Positions 1 through 14,310 of a stretch of 64,000 nt of DNA are shown here, piece after piece (positions within the stretch are counted from its first letter, which is position 1; each line of letters begins with the position of its first letter). The translations under genes were made by a program, and so were the position numbers. This DNA is from Eledone cirrhosa (Eukaryota). The stretch covers positions 26,164,001-26,228,000 of the forward strand of contig OZ024752.1 in NCBI GenBank assembly GCA_964016885.1, written 5' to 3'. A model generated the notes under the pieces. That model did no database searches and had not been told where the DNA came from. It saw only the letters and a program-made list of their open reading frames with translations.

Positions 1-55
1 TAGACATATGTATTTCCTGTTGTACGCACACAAAGACATATGTATATAAATGTAA

Positions 56-184
<129 letters not shown>

Positions 185-479
185 ATACAATGTTGTAGTT
201 TGTCTAAAGCATTGTATATAACATATAATGTGGAAAGTCTTATAAGACTAAACAATCTAAAATGGACGATAAGATGAAGATAAGAGAAACGTGAGTTGGG
301 TAAATTTTGTTTTGTCTCTCTTTTGTGTTGTTATTGTTGCTCTTTCCTTAGTCCTAATATTCCGGGACTTAAATATCCCTTCTTCAGAATATAAGGGACT
401 CGTACAGAAAAAATGTTCCGGTTGCTCCTCTTTGGAATATATATATATCTGTGTGTGCATAGTATATTATATATATATA

Positions 480-785
480 TATAAAATTAGTCCTTCATCA
501 GTGATCTTCCAACTTTCATTGGTATTTCATCGCTTTAAAAATCATATACCTCTAGCTGGTGCGAGCAATAACAAATAAAGTTATAGGAACAAGTAAAATA
601 GGTGAAACGAGCGACATATGTAAAGAAACAACGATGGTATGGCAACGGAAAGATGGGAAGAGACAAGCACATGAAATCTGTAAGTAAGCTTAAGCTTGGT
701 GAATTCATGGGCGAGAGATACAGACCATCCGACATGGGTGAGATGTGAGCGAGAAAAGGATTTCACACAGGTCAAATAGGAGGAA
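480..785 (-). repeat. Dispersed repeat (probable PLE 3' segment), homologous to 18160-18461 (+)
   Basis: The reverse complement of 481-540 closely matches 18404-18461 (TTTAAAGCGATGAAATACCAATGA..GTTGGAAGATCACTGATGAAGGACTAATTTTAT). Both copies end at or beside (TA)n. Confidence 0.6.
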
Positions 786-986
786 GTGAGAGAGGAGGAG
801 AAGCAGAGAGTAAGTGAGTGGAAGTGTGAGGAAGAGACCAGCAGAGAGAGAGTGTGACTGGCAGAGGGGGTAAAAAGAGGAGAGAGAGTAAAAAAGAAAC
901 AGACAATCGCAGCTGAGGAAAAAATATAAATATATATATATCAATAATATTAATAAATGGAAACTATCTTTATAAAACCATATTTA

Positions 987-1044
987 TTTTATTATATATA
1001 TTTCAAGGGTACCAACATTTTTGGTACGCTCTCATCAGATAAAA
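987..1044 (-). ncRNA. Minimal type I hammerhead ribozyme motif in a PLE terminal fragment
   Basis: Minus strand reads TTTTAT-CTGATGA-(helix II GTACCA/TGGTAC)-GAAA-TATATA-TA-ATAAAA. Same family as 8711-9035 and related to 14372-14806. Confidence 0.65.
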
Positions 1045-2265
1045 TACAAAAGTTGTTTTATAGATAGTGTCATATCCAAAAGCTAGAACTTATCGTTTTA
1101 AGTTCTTATTGAATAGTGAAAGAAATTCAAATCTTAGGATGAATATGTTAATGAGGATATATATATATACCAGATAGAAAAATGCGTACAGCAAAAAAAA
1201 GTAATATTGTTGGAATATAAACCTTTAAAAATACAGGACAAGAAACTAAAATAAAACTTTAAAAGAATAGGACAAGAAACTAAGATAAAACTTTAAAGAA
1301 TTGGACAATGCAAGCAACAACTATCTAATAATTAAATGATCATAGTGAATTACTGACAAGTGATTGACATTTTAAAGTTCTTTTGAGTATAATTGCAATC
1401 TAGTTGAGGCAACTGGCTTAATGACAAAGCTAGTAAATCATGAATGCATTTGAGATAATTAGTGCATAATAGTGAATTGGTGAAACTTGTGCATTTCAAT
1501 GGTGTTACGGATAAAAACTGATACTGCTGTCTACGACCTTTATATAGGATTGTCATGTTTCTCTGTATCTGCAATGTGGGTATACAAAATAAGAATTATG
1601 ATATTAACTTTTATTTAAAATCCCAAAAAATGCTGTGCATGAAAACTTCAAAAAGTAATTCTATTTCTATTGATGACCTCTTAGTTGCTCATACTAATTT
1701 TGTAAAAGATTTCAAGCCAATAATCAGAATGATCTGGTATAATTTTTATGCAGATAAATGACTAATTAGTATAAAGGGCCATCCAGATATCATGTGGACA
1801 CCGCGAACCAAAAATGGTCACATGATATCTGGATGGCGCCTAAGCATCCCCTGCACATGGCGGGGACATGGGTCATCATCGTGGAGCACTCACCTATTTT
1901 TAAAATATTAGACTATGATAAATGAATTTAGTTAAAAATACAATTTGAAATATATTAGATAATAGAGAGAGACTCGTAATTACCTCCCCTTGTAATTACC
2001 TCGTAATTACCTCCCCTAGCGTCACGCTTACTACTCACTCACTTGAACACAAGATTTATCAGCAAACTTTGATTATAAACTTTTTCCCGCTGGACCAAAT
2101 TTCTAGATTTTTAAGCCAAAAGATGCGTAATGATCTACTGTTCATGCTCATATAAGTTTTATCTCAGTTAAATAAAGTAGAGCCGCGCTGTACTGTCGTA
2201 AACAGACGATTGCCAACGAAAACACGACCACAACAATATTACTAAACGGACTAACGTCCGTTTAG

Positions 2266-2941
<676 letters not shown>

Positions 2942-3264
2942 TTATGTGTGCGCGTGTTTATGTATAGACTGTAAATAAATCTACAAAAATAATGAGAATA
3001 TTGAATTAATACATAACTGATTATGCATATATTTGTATAGTAAAATAAGTGGAATACTTGTGATACTCAGAGTACCCCCTAAAGAATTGCGTATAGAAAA
3101 CATGTTTTCATTCAGCCCAAAGTATATTCTTCGTATAAGCATCATGTCGCCATTTTTATTATTAAGTAAACATCCTATACAGGCAGTAAGTATTATTAGT
3201 GCTATTATTTCCCTTGGGTCAGAAATCTGCTGTAATATTTCTTTAAATTTCTATATTTGCAAAT

Positions 3265-3321
<57 letters not shown>

Positions 3322-3342
3322 TGTGTGTGTGTGGGGAAAGAA

Positions 3343-3520
3343 TCAGGACCCCGACGGCTGAGCTCCGGCCGATTCGACAGCTAGATGCGAACTGTCAAAA
3401 CGGCCGGAGCTCGGCCGTCGGGGTCCTGACTCTTTTCCTATTACCCACTCTACTACTCTAAGTATTGAGTACTCTGGTGCGTTATGGTCAACCTGGTAAC
3501 TTACCACACCCTCATTGTTT
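3343..3520 (+). mobile_element. PLE-type fold-back fragment (GAAACGGC...GCCGTCGGGGTC family)
   Basis: Palindrome at 3343-3429 followed by a tail shared with 36240-36335, 32604-32680 (rc) and 43113-43200 (rc). Confidence 0.75.
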
Positions 3521-3524
3521 CTGA

Positions 3525-3779
3525 ATATAATATAATATAATATAATACAATATAGTATAAAACACAAGACAACACAACACAACACAACACAACACAACAC
3601 AACACTACACTACACTACATTACACTACATTACATTACATTACATTACATTACATTACATTACATTATATTATATTATATTATATTATATTATATTATAT
3701 TATATTATATTATATTATATTATATTATATTATATTATATTATATTAATTACATTATATTAATTACATTATATTATATT
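3525..3779. repeat. Graded pentanucleotide microsatellite (AATAT, ACAAC, ACACT, ACATT, ATATT)
   Basis: Directly visible stepwise change of the repeat unit. Confidence 0.9.
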
Positions 3780-3917
3780 GTGGATTGGCAGTATCGGTAG
3801 AGGGTCGAACCCCATGCTTTGCAGCATAGAGTTACGGCCCTTTTTGATCTGAGTTCAAATCCCGCCGAGGTTAACTTTGCCTTTCATCCTTATGGGGTCG
3901 ATAGAATAAAGTACCAC
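3780..3917 (+). mobile_element. tRNA-derived Nin-type SINE, 3' truncated
   Basis: A box TGGCAGTATCGG, B box GAGTTCAAATCCC, body GCCTTTCATCCTTATGGGGTCGATA..AAAGTACCA. Confidence 0.85.
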
Positions 3918-4331
3918 ATACAAGGAAGAAAAGCGTTACCCTAGATTTCAAGGTCCTATATTGACCATATTTTAGAGGAGTTTGAAGACACCGATAAAAG
4001 TATAGCGCGGCCATATCTTCTTTCTTGTCTTAATCTGTTTCTTCATCTTGGCACAAAAGAGAGATAGTTGGAAATTGGTTTTCCATGTTCTTTATTATGG
4101 ATAAGAGTTGAATCTTGTTATTCTAGAATTTCACCTGTGTACAAACAGTATGAGCTTCTTTGTCTGGTGATCTTGTGAGTACAATTAAAATTCTACACTT
4201 TTTTCTGGGACATCTTTTGGAAAACAGTGCGTAGCGTGACCTTGAGCTAACCCTCTGCGAAACGCACGTATCAGGACGATACACAATAAAAACTTCATAC
4301 ATATAAAGAGAGAAGAATAGTGTAATAATAT

Positions 4332-4518
4332 AATTGTTTCTACTTTTAGCACAAGGCCAGCAATTATTCCAGTGCATTACTGGTACTTTATTTTATCGAA
4401 CCCGTAAGGATGAAAGGCAAAGTTAACCTCGGCAGGATTTGAAATCAGAACGAAAAGGGACATAACTCTATGCTGCCAAGCACCGTGTTTGACACTCTAC
4501 CGATACTGCCAATCCACC
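4332..4518 (-). mobile_element. tRNA-derived Nin-type SINE
   Basis: Full-length copy of the same family, with tail GGCCTTGTGCTAAAAGTAGAAACAATT on the minus strand. Confidence 0.88.
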
Positions 4519-5224
4519 GTTGCTGAATAATGTAATAATATAATAATATCTATGTATTGATATGAGTGTGCGTGCATACATAAGGAGCAAAAGTCTTAGC
4601 TGCTAACTCAACCTAAATATTCAGAAACTATAGTTGTGAGAAGTGAAAGTGGAGAAAATTATCTCACAAGTGTTTAAATTGATTCCAATCAAAGCTACAG
4701 CCGTGTTCTGTCCAAATGTCTTTCCTCTCTGGTCTCTGGGGGACCTTATGTATTCCCACAAGAACTCTCTAAACATTTTTGCCATTCCTAGACGTCAACA
4801 AATGTAAGAGCTAATATTATTCGCCCCCCACCCCCACCCCGGTCACCGAGAACGATATAAAAATAGATAGACAGTTAGCTAGGTATAAATATTAACAAAA
4901 GTACTAACACAGTGTGGTTCATAATATTAGTGTATACATGAAGACATATACAATATGTTTGTCCATTATATATAAGAGTCTCACTATCAATATTTTAAGC
5001 TGTGATAATGTCGGTTTACGAATATTTCGGGTAACGATCGGCCTTCAGCAACGAATTAAGTTCGTCAATCGAGGTTCCAATATCCCGTAATAGGGTGAAA
5101 GCAGAAATTATTTGCTCAAATTTTAATCTGTACTAATAATAAATATTTGTATATACTTTTTGTATTATATATATATGCAATCCTTATCGAGCCCTATTCG
5201 GATTTCATTCTTTGTAATTATTAC

Positions 5225-5265
<41 letters not shown>

Positions 5266-6043
5266 ATGTGTGTGTTGGTATGTGTGTGTATATATATATA
5301 TATAGTGGTAGAACACTGGAAGGTAATATACGTAGTGGTAGAGCACTCAGTCCAAACCATGTCCATTACGAGGTGAGGATCCGCTAAGGTGAAACAATTG
5401 TTCTCGGTATGGTGAACTAACTGTTGTGTAACCACTTCTATATATATATGTATATATATTTATATATATACGAGACTCAGACTGAAATGTTACATAAAAA
5501 TCTTTAATCAATATTTAGCCCATATTGAAGGTACAAAAATACCTTTAAATCTAACCTCAGTATTAATACATACAGCAAAGTACACATTTGGGACGTAATC
5601 AAGCCCCAATCTCTCTCTTTTGCTTTCCTTCAAACTTCCCTGGGCTTTAGAACTAAATATAGAACACAGCTATGTAATTTATACATTTATGTACTACACA
5701 AATCTCTATACAATCACATGTACTACGCATACATCCATTCAGAAACACACAGGCATACACTAACGTACGCACATCCACACACAATCACACTTCCACACAC
5801 CCACACCCGCACACACAATCACACTTCCACACACATACATATATATATATATATACATTATATATATATATATATATATGTATATGTATATATGTATATA
5901 CACATATATAATTATATATATATATTATATATATTATATATATTATATATACATATATATATGTGTGTGTGTATATGTATATATACATATATAATTATAT
6001 ATATATATAATTATATATATGTAATTATATATATATATATATA

Positions 6044-6085
<42 letters not shown>

Positions 6086-6180
6086 TATTAATTAATATTT
6101 TAATTTCCTAAGATTTTTCCCAATTGGTTCATTTTTAAACTCCTAAAGTTTATAGTCGTTCAACTCCCTCATTGGCCAGT

Positions 6181-6229
<49 letters not shown>

Positions 6230-6490
6230 TTGACTCTCTCCCTCTCTCACTCCTCTGACTCTCTCTCTCGCTCTACCTCTCTCTCAGATGATGATGATAT
6301 TATTTTTGATCTTGTATCTGTTCATGCAAAGAAGTAGGGTTAATAATATATATATATATATACTTAGGGTAAATATTGATGCAATTCAAATCAAGCACTC
6401 AACGTACTTTTTCCACATAGGAGTGACGGAGTAAATATCGAATAAGTACAAGCGAAGTAGTTTCAGATGTTCAAGTCCTTTAATAATAAT

Positions 6491-6675
6491 AATTGTTTCT
6501 ACTTTTGGCACAAGGCCAGCAATTACCCAGTAAATTACTGGTACTTTATTTTATCGACCCCGTAAGGATGAAAGGCAAAGTTAACCTCGGCGGGATTTGA
6601 ACTCAGAATGGCAAGGGCCGTAACTCTATACGTCAAAGCATGGCGTCCGACCCTCTACCGATACTGCCAATTCAC
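6491..6675 (-). mobile_element. tRNA-derived Nin-type SINE inserted in an AAT run
   Basis: Full copy flanked by AATAAT on both sides. The empty site is visible in the sister arm (GCATTATTATTAAAGG near 7004-7019). Confidence 0.9.
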
Positions 6676-6931
6676 AATAATGCTGTGATATATATTTCAA
6701 TGACGACACTGGCCACACTGTTCTGTGTGCGAGTGTCGTGACATCATCAGACAACTTGTTACATAATAAGGTTATGTTTCCGAGGCAATCCAAGTTGAAT
6801 CGACATGGGAACGGACAAAGTGTGTGCTTTTGGGTTCTTCATCCGTTTCCCTGTGAGTACCAATTCACCCCCACCGGTTTGCGCAGGCGAATGTCCGAAT
6901 GCCTCGGAAACATAACCTTATTATGTAACAA

Positions 6932-7005
6932 GCTGTCTGATGATGTCACGACACTCACACACAGAACAGTGTGGCCAGTGTCGTCATTGAAATATATATC
7001 ACAGC
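6932..7005 (+). ncRNA. Minimal type I hammerhead ribozyme motif (mirror copy 6682-6755, minus)
   Basis: GCTGT-CTGATGA-helix II (ACGACACT/AGTGTCGT)-GAAA-TATATA-TC-ACAGC. Confidence 0.8.
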
Positions 7006-7061
7006 ATTATTATTAAAGGACTTGAACATCTGAAACTACTTCGCTTTTACTTATTCGTTAT

Positions 7062-7147
<86 letters not shown>

Positions 7148-7150
<3 letters not shown>

Positions 7151-7330
7151 TGATACCTCACAGTACGAGTTTAATTCGTTCCATGACCGAGCTCATTTTA
7201 CGATTTACTCGTTTCATAAATCTATTTTCCGCATTGAAATTTAATTAAAATATAATTAATCCGTTCTAGCCTCCCAAAACCACCCAAAAATCATTTCTAT
7301 GGGTTTTAAAACAGAAAAGGTGCAGTTATT
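7148..7330 (+). mobile_element. Tigger/pogo-like DNA transposon left-end fragment
   Basis: TA followed by CAGTGATACCTCACAGTACGAGTTTAATTCGTTCC resembles pogo/Tigger termini. No second TIR is seen. Confidence 0.45.
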
Positions 7331-7689
7331 ATAAGATAATAGCAAAAAACGCACAAAACTTTTTTTAAAACAGTAGAAAAACCCAATCAGGATGATTCCA
7401 CAAGCAAATATCATTAAAATAGTTTTATAGACATTTATATCAGAAGGAAAATACTCATATGCAAGTTCATTTCCAAGAAGAAATTCATACAACCACACAA
7501 CCACATACACACACATATATACCTGCATATATAGATATATAGATATAAGTATAATGCATACATGTTTATATTTATACACATACACACATATATCTACATG
7601 CATATATCTGTGTATGTATGTATGTATGTATGTATGTATGTATGTTTATATATATATGAATATATATATATGTGTGTGTGTGAGTATCA

Positions 7690-7881
7690 AAGTCTAAAGT
7701 CTGTCTTAAGCCAGAAGGCTTATTTGTCCAGTGCTTATCCCGGTTTCATGGCGTGAAGCGACTGCGAGTACAAGATTCCCCACTGGCCAGGACGCCAGTC
7801 CGTCGCAGGGTTAAACCCCCAACTATTGCTGGTACTCATTTTCAGCTGAGTCCAACACCCTTACCACTAGGCCACGTGCCT
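7690..7881 (-). mobile_element. tRNA-derived SINE (second family), internally deleted copy
   Basis: The reverse complement matches 31724-31992 but lacks the middle, roughly 31760-31850. Confidence 0.75.
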
Positions 7882-7905
7882 CTACACATGTATATATATA
7901 TATTT

Positions 7906-8143
7906 TTGAAACAAGACCCAAGAATGAAAAAGCCCTTGAAACACACAAAATAATCAAAAGCAAAAGAAAACCGAAATCACTAAAAACATTACTCACCAAT
8001 GCCAAATTACCTACCACAAACCCACAACCAACTGTCAAAAAATGCGGTCGTTCTAATTGTGGAACCTGCACTCACCTCATTGATGACAACACGTATACAT
8101 TTCAATCAGGACAAAATTTGGCTGTAAAAAATCACTTAACTTG
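7906..8143 (+). pseudogene. Neptune-type Penelope RT-endonuclease linker remnant
   Basis: Frameshifted translation LKQDPRMKK/ALETHKIIKSKRKPKSLKTLLTNAK...KKCGRSNCGTC...KNHLTC resembles the Cys-rich PLE linker that precedes the GIY-YIG domain. Confidence 0.7.
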
Positions 8144-8265
8144 CTCACACACACAAAATATATATATTCTCTCTATCTTAACATGCTAACCATACTCCCA
8201 CACACACATAATACCCATACACACACACACAACTCCCTCCCCATTTATACTAAATAATCATCTTC

Positions 8266-8347
<82 letters not shown>

Positions 8348-8710
8348 GCACACAAATAAACATACATATCTCTACTTTCTTTATTTCAATAGATAGTCTG
8401 AATTTTGACACCCCAGCGCACCAGCCATTTTCACTGAACCAGAACAATTCTCCCCATCCCATTTATCTTGACCATTATCTTTTGTTTCTCTAAAAGGCTA
8501 CAAAATAAATTCCCAAATACGGACACGGAATTTAATGTACTTGTTCACGTGACAGTCATAATATCATTTACAACCAATCAAATTACATTTCATCACATCA
8601 GTCATACTCAGAACAACTCTCTCCATCTTTTTTTCTTGACCATTATCTTTTGTTTGGCACAAAATTCTCTAAATGGCTATAAAACAATTCCAAAATGCGG
8701 GCGCGAAATA

Positions 8711-9035
8711 TATATCAATGATATTAATAAATGGAAACTATCTTTATAAAACCATATTTATATTATCATATATATTTCAAAGGTACCAACATTTTGGTAC
8801 GCCCTCATCAGATAAAATACAAAAGTTGTTTTATAAATATTGACATATCCAAAAAAACAAGAACTTAAAGCGATAAGTTCTTGTTTTTTAAAATGTCAAT
8901 ATGTCAATATTTATAAAACAACTTTTGTATTTTATCTGCTGAGATCGTATCAAAATGTTGGTATCCTTGAAATATATATAATAAAATAAATATGCTTTTA
9001 TAAATATAGTTTCCATTTATTAATATCATTGATAT
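8711..9035. mobile_element. PLE-type fold-back with HHR motifs
   Basis: 8711-8866 is the approximate reverse complement of 8873-9035. CTGATGA..GAAA lies on the minus strand near 8762-8817, with a mutated CTGCTGA copy on plus near 8936. Confidence 0.75.
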
Positions 9036-9145
9036 TATACTCCAGAAGAAAACTGTAGAGGGCTTCGAATCTGTTATAAATAAATTTGTTGAATAACCAA
9101 CAAATTAAATATCTCTTTGCTTATATATATATATATATATATTTA

Positions 9146-9375
9146 TTTATTAAAATAACAGATTAAAGTTTAAGCAAAGATTCGCTGCATTCACCCTTAA
9201 CGGGATCTTCTGAAACTCAGTTAAGATCCCGTTAAGGGTGAAAGCAGCGATTCTTTACTTAAACTTTAATCTGTTATTTTAATAAATATTTGCTCTACGG
9301 TTCTTATATATTTGATATATATTTATCCTTATGGAGCCCTCTTTGGATTTTAGTCTTCAAATTTATTATTATTAA
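9146..9375. mobile_element. PLE-type fold-back (GATCCCGTTAAGGGTGAAAGCAG family)
   Basis: Inverted arms centred near 9215 and flanked by (TA)n. Same family at 5080-5225, 17952-18012 and 63570-63787. Confidence 0.75.
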
Positions 9376-9508
9376 TATATATATATATAATTATTCTTTA
9401 TGACGTTGTCTCATTTCAAGAAGAGCCAGAGAGAAATGATGTACTCCAGCATACAGAAACAATGGTCTATAAATATGTATATATATATGTATGTACGGAG
9501 GTATGTGC

Positions 9509-9552
<44 letters not shown>

Positions 9553-9556
<4 letters not shown>

Positions 9557-9769
9557 TTAATATAGAAGAGATTCTACAGGACTAGAACTGTTTCATTCTT
9601 TAGAAATCATCAGGAATGATTCTTGATGATTTCTAAAGATTCCTGATGATTTCTAAAGAATGAAACAGTTCTAGTCCTGTAGAATCTCTTCTATATTAAA
9701 ACTTTTATACTCTGCAATGTATTGAGTACCTTACTTACTGTGGTTACCTCCGATTCAACCCGGAATAAC

Positions 9770-9775
<6 letters not shown>
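9553..9775. mobile_element. PLE-type fold-back with HHR, flanked by (TA)n
   Basis: 9553-9617 is the reverse complement of 9639-9703, followed by a 3' tail. A partial duplication lies at the pivot. Same family at 10717-10809. Confidence 0.8.
9638..9686 (+). ncRNA. Type I hammerhead ribozyme motif
   Basis: GATTC-CTGATGA-tTTCtaaaGAAt-GAAA-CAG(ttctagtc)CTG-TA-GAATC, giving a GUA cleavage triplet. Confidence 0.8.
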
Positions 9776-9808
<33 letters not shown>

Positions 9809-9982
9809 ACACACACACACATACACAAATTCATATATATGTTTATACACCTTTAAGAATATATATACATATGCGTGTATCCATATATACACTTACATGA
9901 GTAAGTCTGCGCATGTGTGAGTAATTTTATATTTAGGCTATATACACATGCATTTATTTTGCATGTGTATACAGATACACGC

Positions 9983-10058
<76 letters not shown>

Positions 10059-10128
10059 CATATATATATATATACATACATATATATATACATATATATA
10101 TACATATATATATTTATACATATATATA

Positions 10129-10347
10129 GTATAAAAGAGAAAACACAGGTAAGCATTAAGAGAAGGATTTAATCCAGGTATTTACGACCGTTTCATTGGT
10201 AAGTGCAACCTTATATTGCTATACTGCAAATAGCAGCCACTCAATTATAATTGTTGTTCACAGTCCAAATTTTCAAAATAGTGAGTTACTCTTGAAATAA
10301 TTCTTAAAAACTGGATCACAATAAGCAATTTTTTGCTTCTCTAACTA
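10129..10347 (-). repeat. Dispersed repeat in (TA)n; second copy at 29157-29338
   Basis: Very similar sequence at both sites. The minus strand has GAAACGGTCGTA, which resembles an HHR 3' half. Confidence 0.75.
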
Positions 10348-10360
10348 TATATATATATAT

Positions 10361-10411
<51 letters not shown>

Positions 10412-10465
10412 CATATATATACATATAAATATATATATATATACATATATATATATTTATTCATA

Positions 10466-10582
<117 letters not shown>

Positions 10583-10716
10583 ATATATATATATATATAT
10601 ACATACATACATTTATATATTTATACATATATATATACATATAAATATATATATACATATATATATACATATATACATACATATAAACATAGATATATAT
10701 ACATACATACATACAT

Positions 10717-10809
10717 ACAGGACTAGAACTGTTTCATTCGTGAGAAATCATCAGGTCCTGATGATTTCTCACGAATGAAACAATTCTAGTCCTGTAGAAG
10801 CTCTTCTAT
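10717..10809. mobile_element. Short PLE fold-back pivoting directly 5' of the HHR core
   Basis: ...AAATCATCAG-GTC-CTGATGATTT...; the arms are reverse complements. Confidence 0.8.
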
Positions 10810-10890
10810 GCATGCATGCATGCATACATACATACATACATACATACATACATACATACATACATACATACATACATACATACATACATA

Positions 10891-11795
10891 CAAGAACAGG
10901 AGATTAACACGAAATACCTGATTCAGAAAAGAGATAGGGATGCAGGCAAGACACCTAGATGTGATAACAAGTGCAGACTCTGCAGAACTAACATCGAGGA
11001 TATCACCCATGTCATCAGCAGCTGTCAAAAGATGTCATTACAGTACTATTTACCTATGAGGCATGATGTAGTGGCCAAAACACTGTACAATGCAATCCGT
11101 AAAAAAGATGGACCCGATAATAAACACATTAAAAGCTACAGCAATGTGGAAGACATCCACGTACATAATATGAATGAGTACTGGTGGAATGTTCCAGTAA
11201 AATCCCCAATAAAATGCAGGCATAACAGACTAAATATTATGATATGGGACAGGGAAAAGAAGGCATGCACAGTAGTGGAAATTGGCTGCCCAGCAGATGC
11301 CAATATAATATCAAAGATTAGTGAAAAGGAGAATATTTATGCAGAACTGATGAGAAATCTGCAGATACGCACCCTGATTATACCTTCAGATTTATGCCTG
11401 TGATTATTGGGGAACTGGGATATGTTAGTAACTGCCTCAAAACAAATCTTGAGAAGCTAGGCTTCACAGGAACAGAAAGAACACAACTAGTTAGGAAATT
11501 ACAAGTACAATCCATTAATGGAACAGTAAAAATATGTAAAACACTCCAAAAATGTTGCATCTAATAACTGCATATACACATGTACAGATGCAAAGCATAT
11601 ACACATGCACACATACAACTCAAAACATCCACATCCACACATACAATAACATCCATATCTACACATGCATACATACATATCTACCTAGTTGATGTTGTGT
11701 AAATTCCAATGAGAGAGTCTTGTGTCTATGTTAGAAACCGACTCTCTCTCTCTCTCTCTATTGGTAAAATTCTGTGAAATTATAAAACCAGAAGA
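10891..11795 (+). mobile_element. 5'-truncated R4/Dong-like (RLE-type) non-LTR retrotransposon
   Basis: QEQEINTK, CRLCx7HVISSC zinc knuckle, RHDVVAK, degenerate RPD (RLNI) and VVEIGCP. After a frameshift near 11370 it continues as PVIIGELG...GTVKICKT. Flanked by (CATA)n. Confidence 0.85.
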
Positions 11796-12373
11796 ACATA
11801 CATACATAACATACATACATGCATGCATACATAACATACATACATACATACATAGTTATGGACTCTATGGAAAAACAGAGGCAATCAGTTGGTATCGTTA
11901 AAATGCTAGGTCTACGTTCTCAGTTCAAATTATGCTGGGATCAACTTTGCCCACCATCCTTGTGGGGTCGATAAAATAAAGTGACAATCAGGATTGGGCG
12001 AATTCGTTAGTATATCCGGTTTAATTTTTGGATTTCTATTGGTTAAGTCAATAAAGGTAGCGCTACAGATCTGATTTTAATCACATTGTCGTCTTTTTTT
12101 TTTTTTATTTAATTGTATATTTATACTGTATTTCGCTTCACTTTCATTGGTTCATTAGCAGGTTAGACTTTTTTGTCAATTTAAATAGTTATGTTGTTGA
12201 TGTCGGAATTTCAACGTCTCTCTTGTCAACTCAGTCACTCTTAGGCAATCTGTTATTTACATAGTTTGCATTTCAGAAAGAAAAAAAAAACATTAAAAAA
12301 AATAAACAAAATAGGTTGACTTCCGAATCTAAAATTTGAAAAATATAGACGCTAAAATGCTGATAACTACAAT

Positions 12374-12558
12374 AATTGTTTCTACTTTTGGCACAAGGCC
12401 AGCAATTATCCCAGTGTATTACTGGTGCTTTCTTTTATCGACCCCGTACGGAGGAAGGGCAAAGTTAACCTCGGCGGGATTTGAATTCAGACCGTAAAGG
12501 GGCATAATTCTATACAACAGAGCACGGCGTCTGACTCTCTACCGATTCTGCCAATCCA
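12374..12558 (-). mobile_element. tRNA-derived Nin-type SINE
   Basis: Full copy of the family. Confidence 0.85.
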
Positions 12559-13039
12559 ATAGTTGATGACTATTGATACTAGTTGAATAAATCGGGTAAA
12601 GTACCCCTGGATATAGAAAAAAGAGAACGCAGATAGCTGAGGGAAATAGAACCCTGAATCTCTCGTAAGTCAAGTAACCATGTCCGTCTGTGTGGTTACA
12701 TACAGACTAGCTGACACTCACTGTAAAGTGTCTAGTGAAAAAACTGAGTACATGTACAGATGTATACATGTGTGTATTTATATGCATACTAATACTTCCG
12801 TATACATATGTAGATGTACACTTTAACTTAATTGTTTAAGCGTCAGTCATACAAAAGTGAGTTAGAAGCGAAACGAAATTTAATTTCGTTTCGTTATTTG
12901 TTTTTATCGTTTCCACTGAACCGGTGCGTACAATGACTCACGTTCTATGCAAATTAGTCTACCCACTACTAATTTTCATAGAAAAAGCATATAACGATAT
13001 GTGCTTTTACAATTCTCCAGAGAAGCCGGAAGATGGGTA

Positions 13040-13084
13040 AATATTGCTGATGAGATGTAATAACATCGAAACTAGTCCAATATT
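13040..13084 (+). ncRNA. Minimal type I hammerhead ribozyme, copy 1
   Basis: AATATTG-CTGATGA-GATGT(aata)ACATC-GAAA-CTAG-TC-CAATATT. Predicted GUC cleavage after 13077. Confidence 0.9.
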
Positions 13085-13509
13085 CCTGTCTGGCTCTCTG
13101 GAGGATAGAGGAAATGTGTTTCCTTGAAACCTCGTATGACTCTAAAACCCGGTCCGTCTGTGTGGTTACATACAGACTAGCTGACACTCACTGTAAAGTG
13201 TCTAGTGAAAAAACTGAGTACATGTACAGATGTATACATGTGTGTATTTATATGCATACTAATACTTCCGTATACATATGTAGATGTACACTTTAACTTA
13301 ATTGTTTAAGCGTCAGTCATACAAAAGTGAGTTAGAAGCGAAACGAAATTTAATTTCGTTTCGTTATTTGTTTTTATCGTTTCCGCTGAACCGGTGCGTA
13401 CAATGACTCACGTTCTATGCAAATTAGTCTACCCACTACTAATTTTCATAGAAAAAGCATATAACGATATGTGCTTTTACAATTCTCCAGAGAAGCCGGA
13501 AGATGGGTA

Positions 13510-13554
13510 AATATTGCTGATGAGATGTAATAACATCGAAACTAGTCCAATATT
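13510..13554 (+). ncRNA. Minimal type I hammerhead ribozyme, copy 2
   Basis: Identical to copy 1. Predicted cleavage after 13547. Confidence 0.9.
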
Positions 13555-13979
13555 CCTGTCTGGCCCTCTGGGGAATAGAGGAAATGTGTTTCCTTGAAAC
13601 CTCGTATGACTCTAAAACCCGGTCCGTCTGTGTGGTTACATACAGACTAGCTGACACTCACTGTAAAGTGTCTAGTGAAAAAACTGAGTACATGTACAGA
13701 TGTATACATGTGTGTATTTATATGCATACTAATACTTCCGTATACATATGTAGATGTACACTTTAACTTAATTGTTTAAGCGTCAGTCATACAAAAGTGA
13801 GTTAGAAGCGAAACGAAATTTAATTTCGTTTCGTTATTTGTTTTTATCGTTTCCGCTGAACCGGTGCGTACAATGACTCACGTTCTATGCAAATTAGTCT
13901 ACCCACTACTAATTTTCATAGAAAAAGCATATAACGATATGTGCTTTTACAATTCTCCAGAGAAGCCGGAAGATGGGTA

Positions 13980-14024
13980 AATATTGCTGATGAGATGTAA
14001 TAACATCGAAACTAGTCCAATATT
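13980..14024 (+). ncRNA. Minimal type I hammerhead ribozyme, copy 3
   Basis: Identical to copy 1. Predicted cleavage after 14017. Confidence 0.9.
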
Positions 14025-14310
14025 CCTGTCTGGCCCTCTGGAGAATAGAGGAAATGTGTTTCCTTGAAACCTCGTATGACTCTAAAACCCGGTCCGTCTG
14101 TGTGGTTACATACAGACTAGCTGACACTCACTGTAAAGTATCTAGTGAAAAAACTGAGTACATGTACAGATGTATACATGTGTGTATTTATATGCATACT
14201 AATACTTCCGTATACATATGTAGATGTACACTTTAACTTAATTGTTTAAGCGTCAGTCATACAAAAGTGAGTTAGAAGCGAAACGAAATTTAATTTCGTT
14301 TCGTTATTTG

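Larger units (their letters stand above)
6438..7057. mobile_element. PLE-type fold-back with a hammerhead in each arm; left arm interrupted by a SINE
   Basis: 6438-6490 plus 6677-6787 is the reverse complement of about 6899-7057. The unpaired spacer is about 110 bp. Confidence 0.8.

Noticed and set aside
340-395. HHR-like CTGAAGA motif on the minus strand
   Set aside because: The GAAA and helix I are degenerate and cannot be supported as a ribozyme.
12969-14236. Repeated 72-aa and 60-aa ORFs in the 470-bp array
   Set aside because: They are short, have no recognisable domain, and repeat only because the unit repeats.
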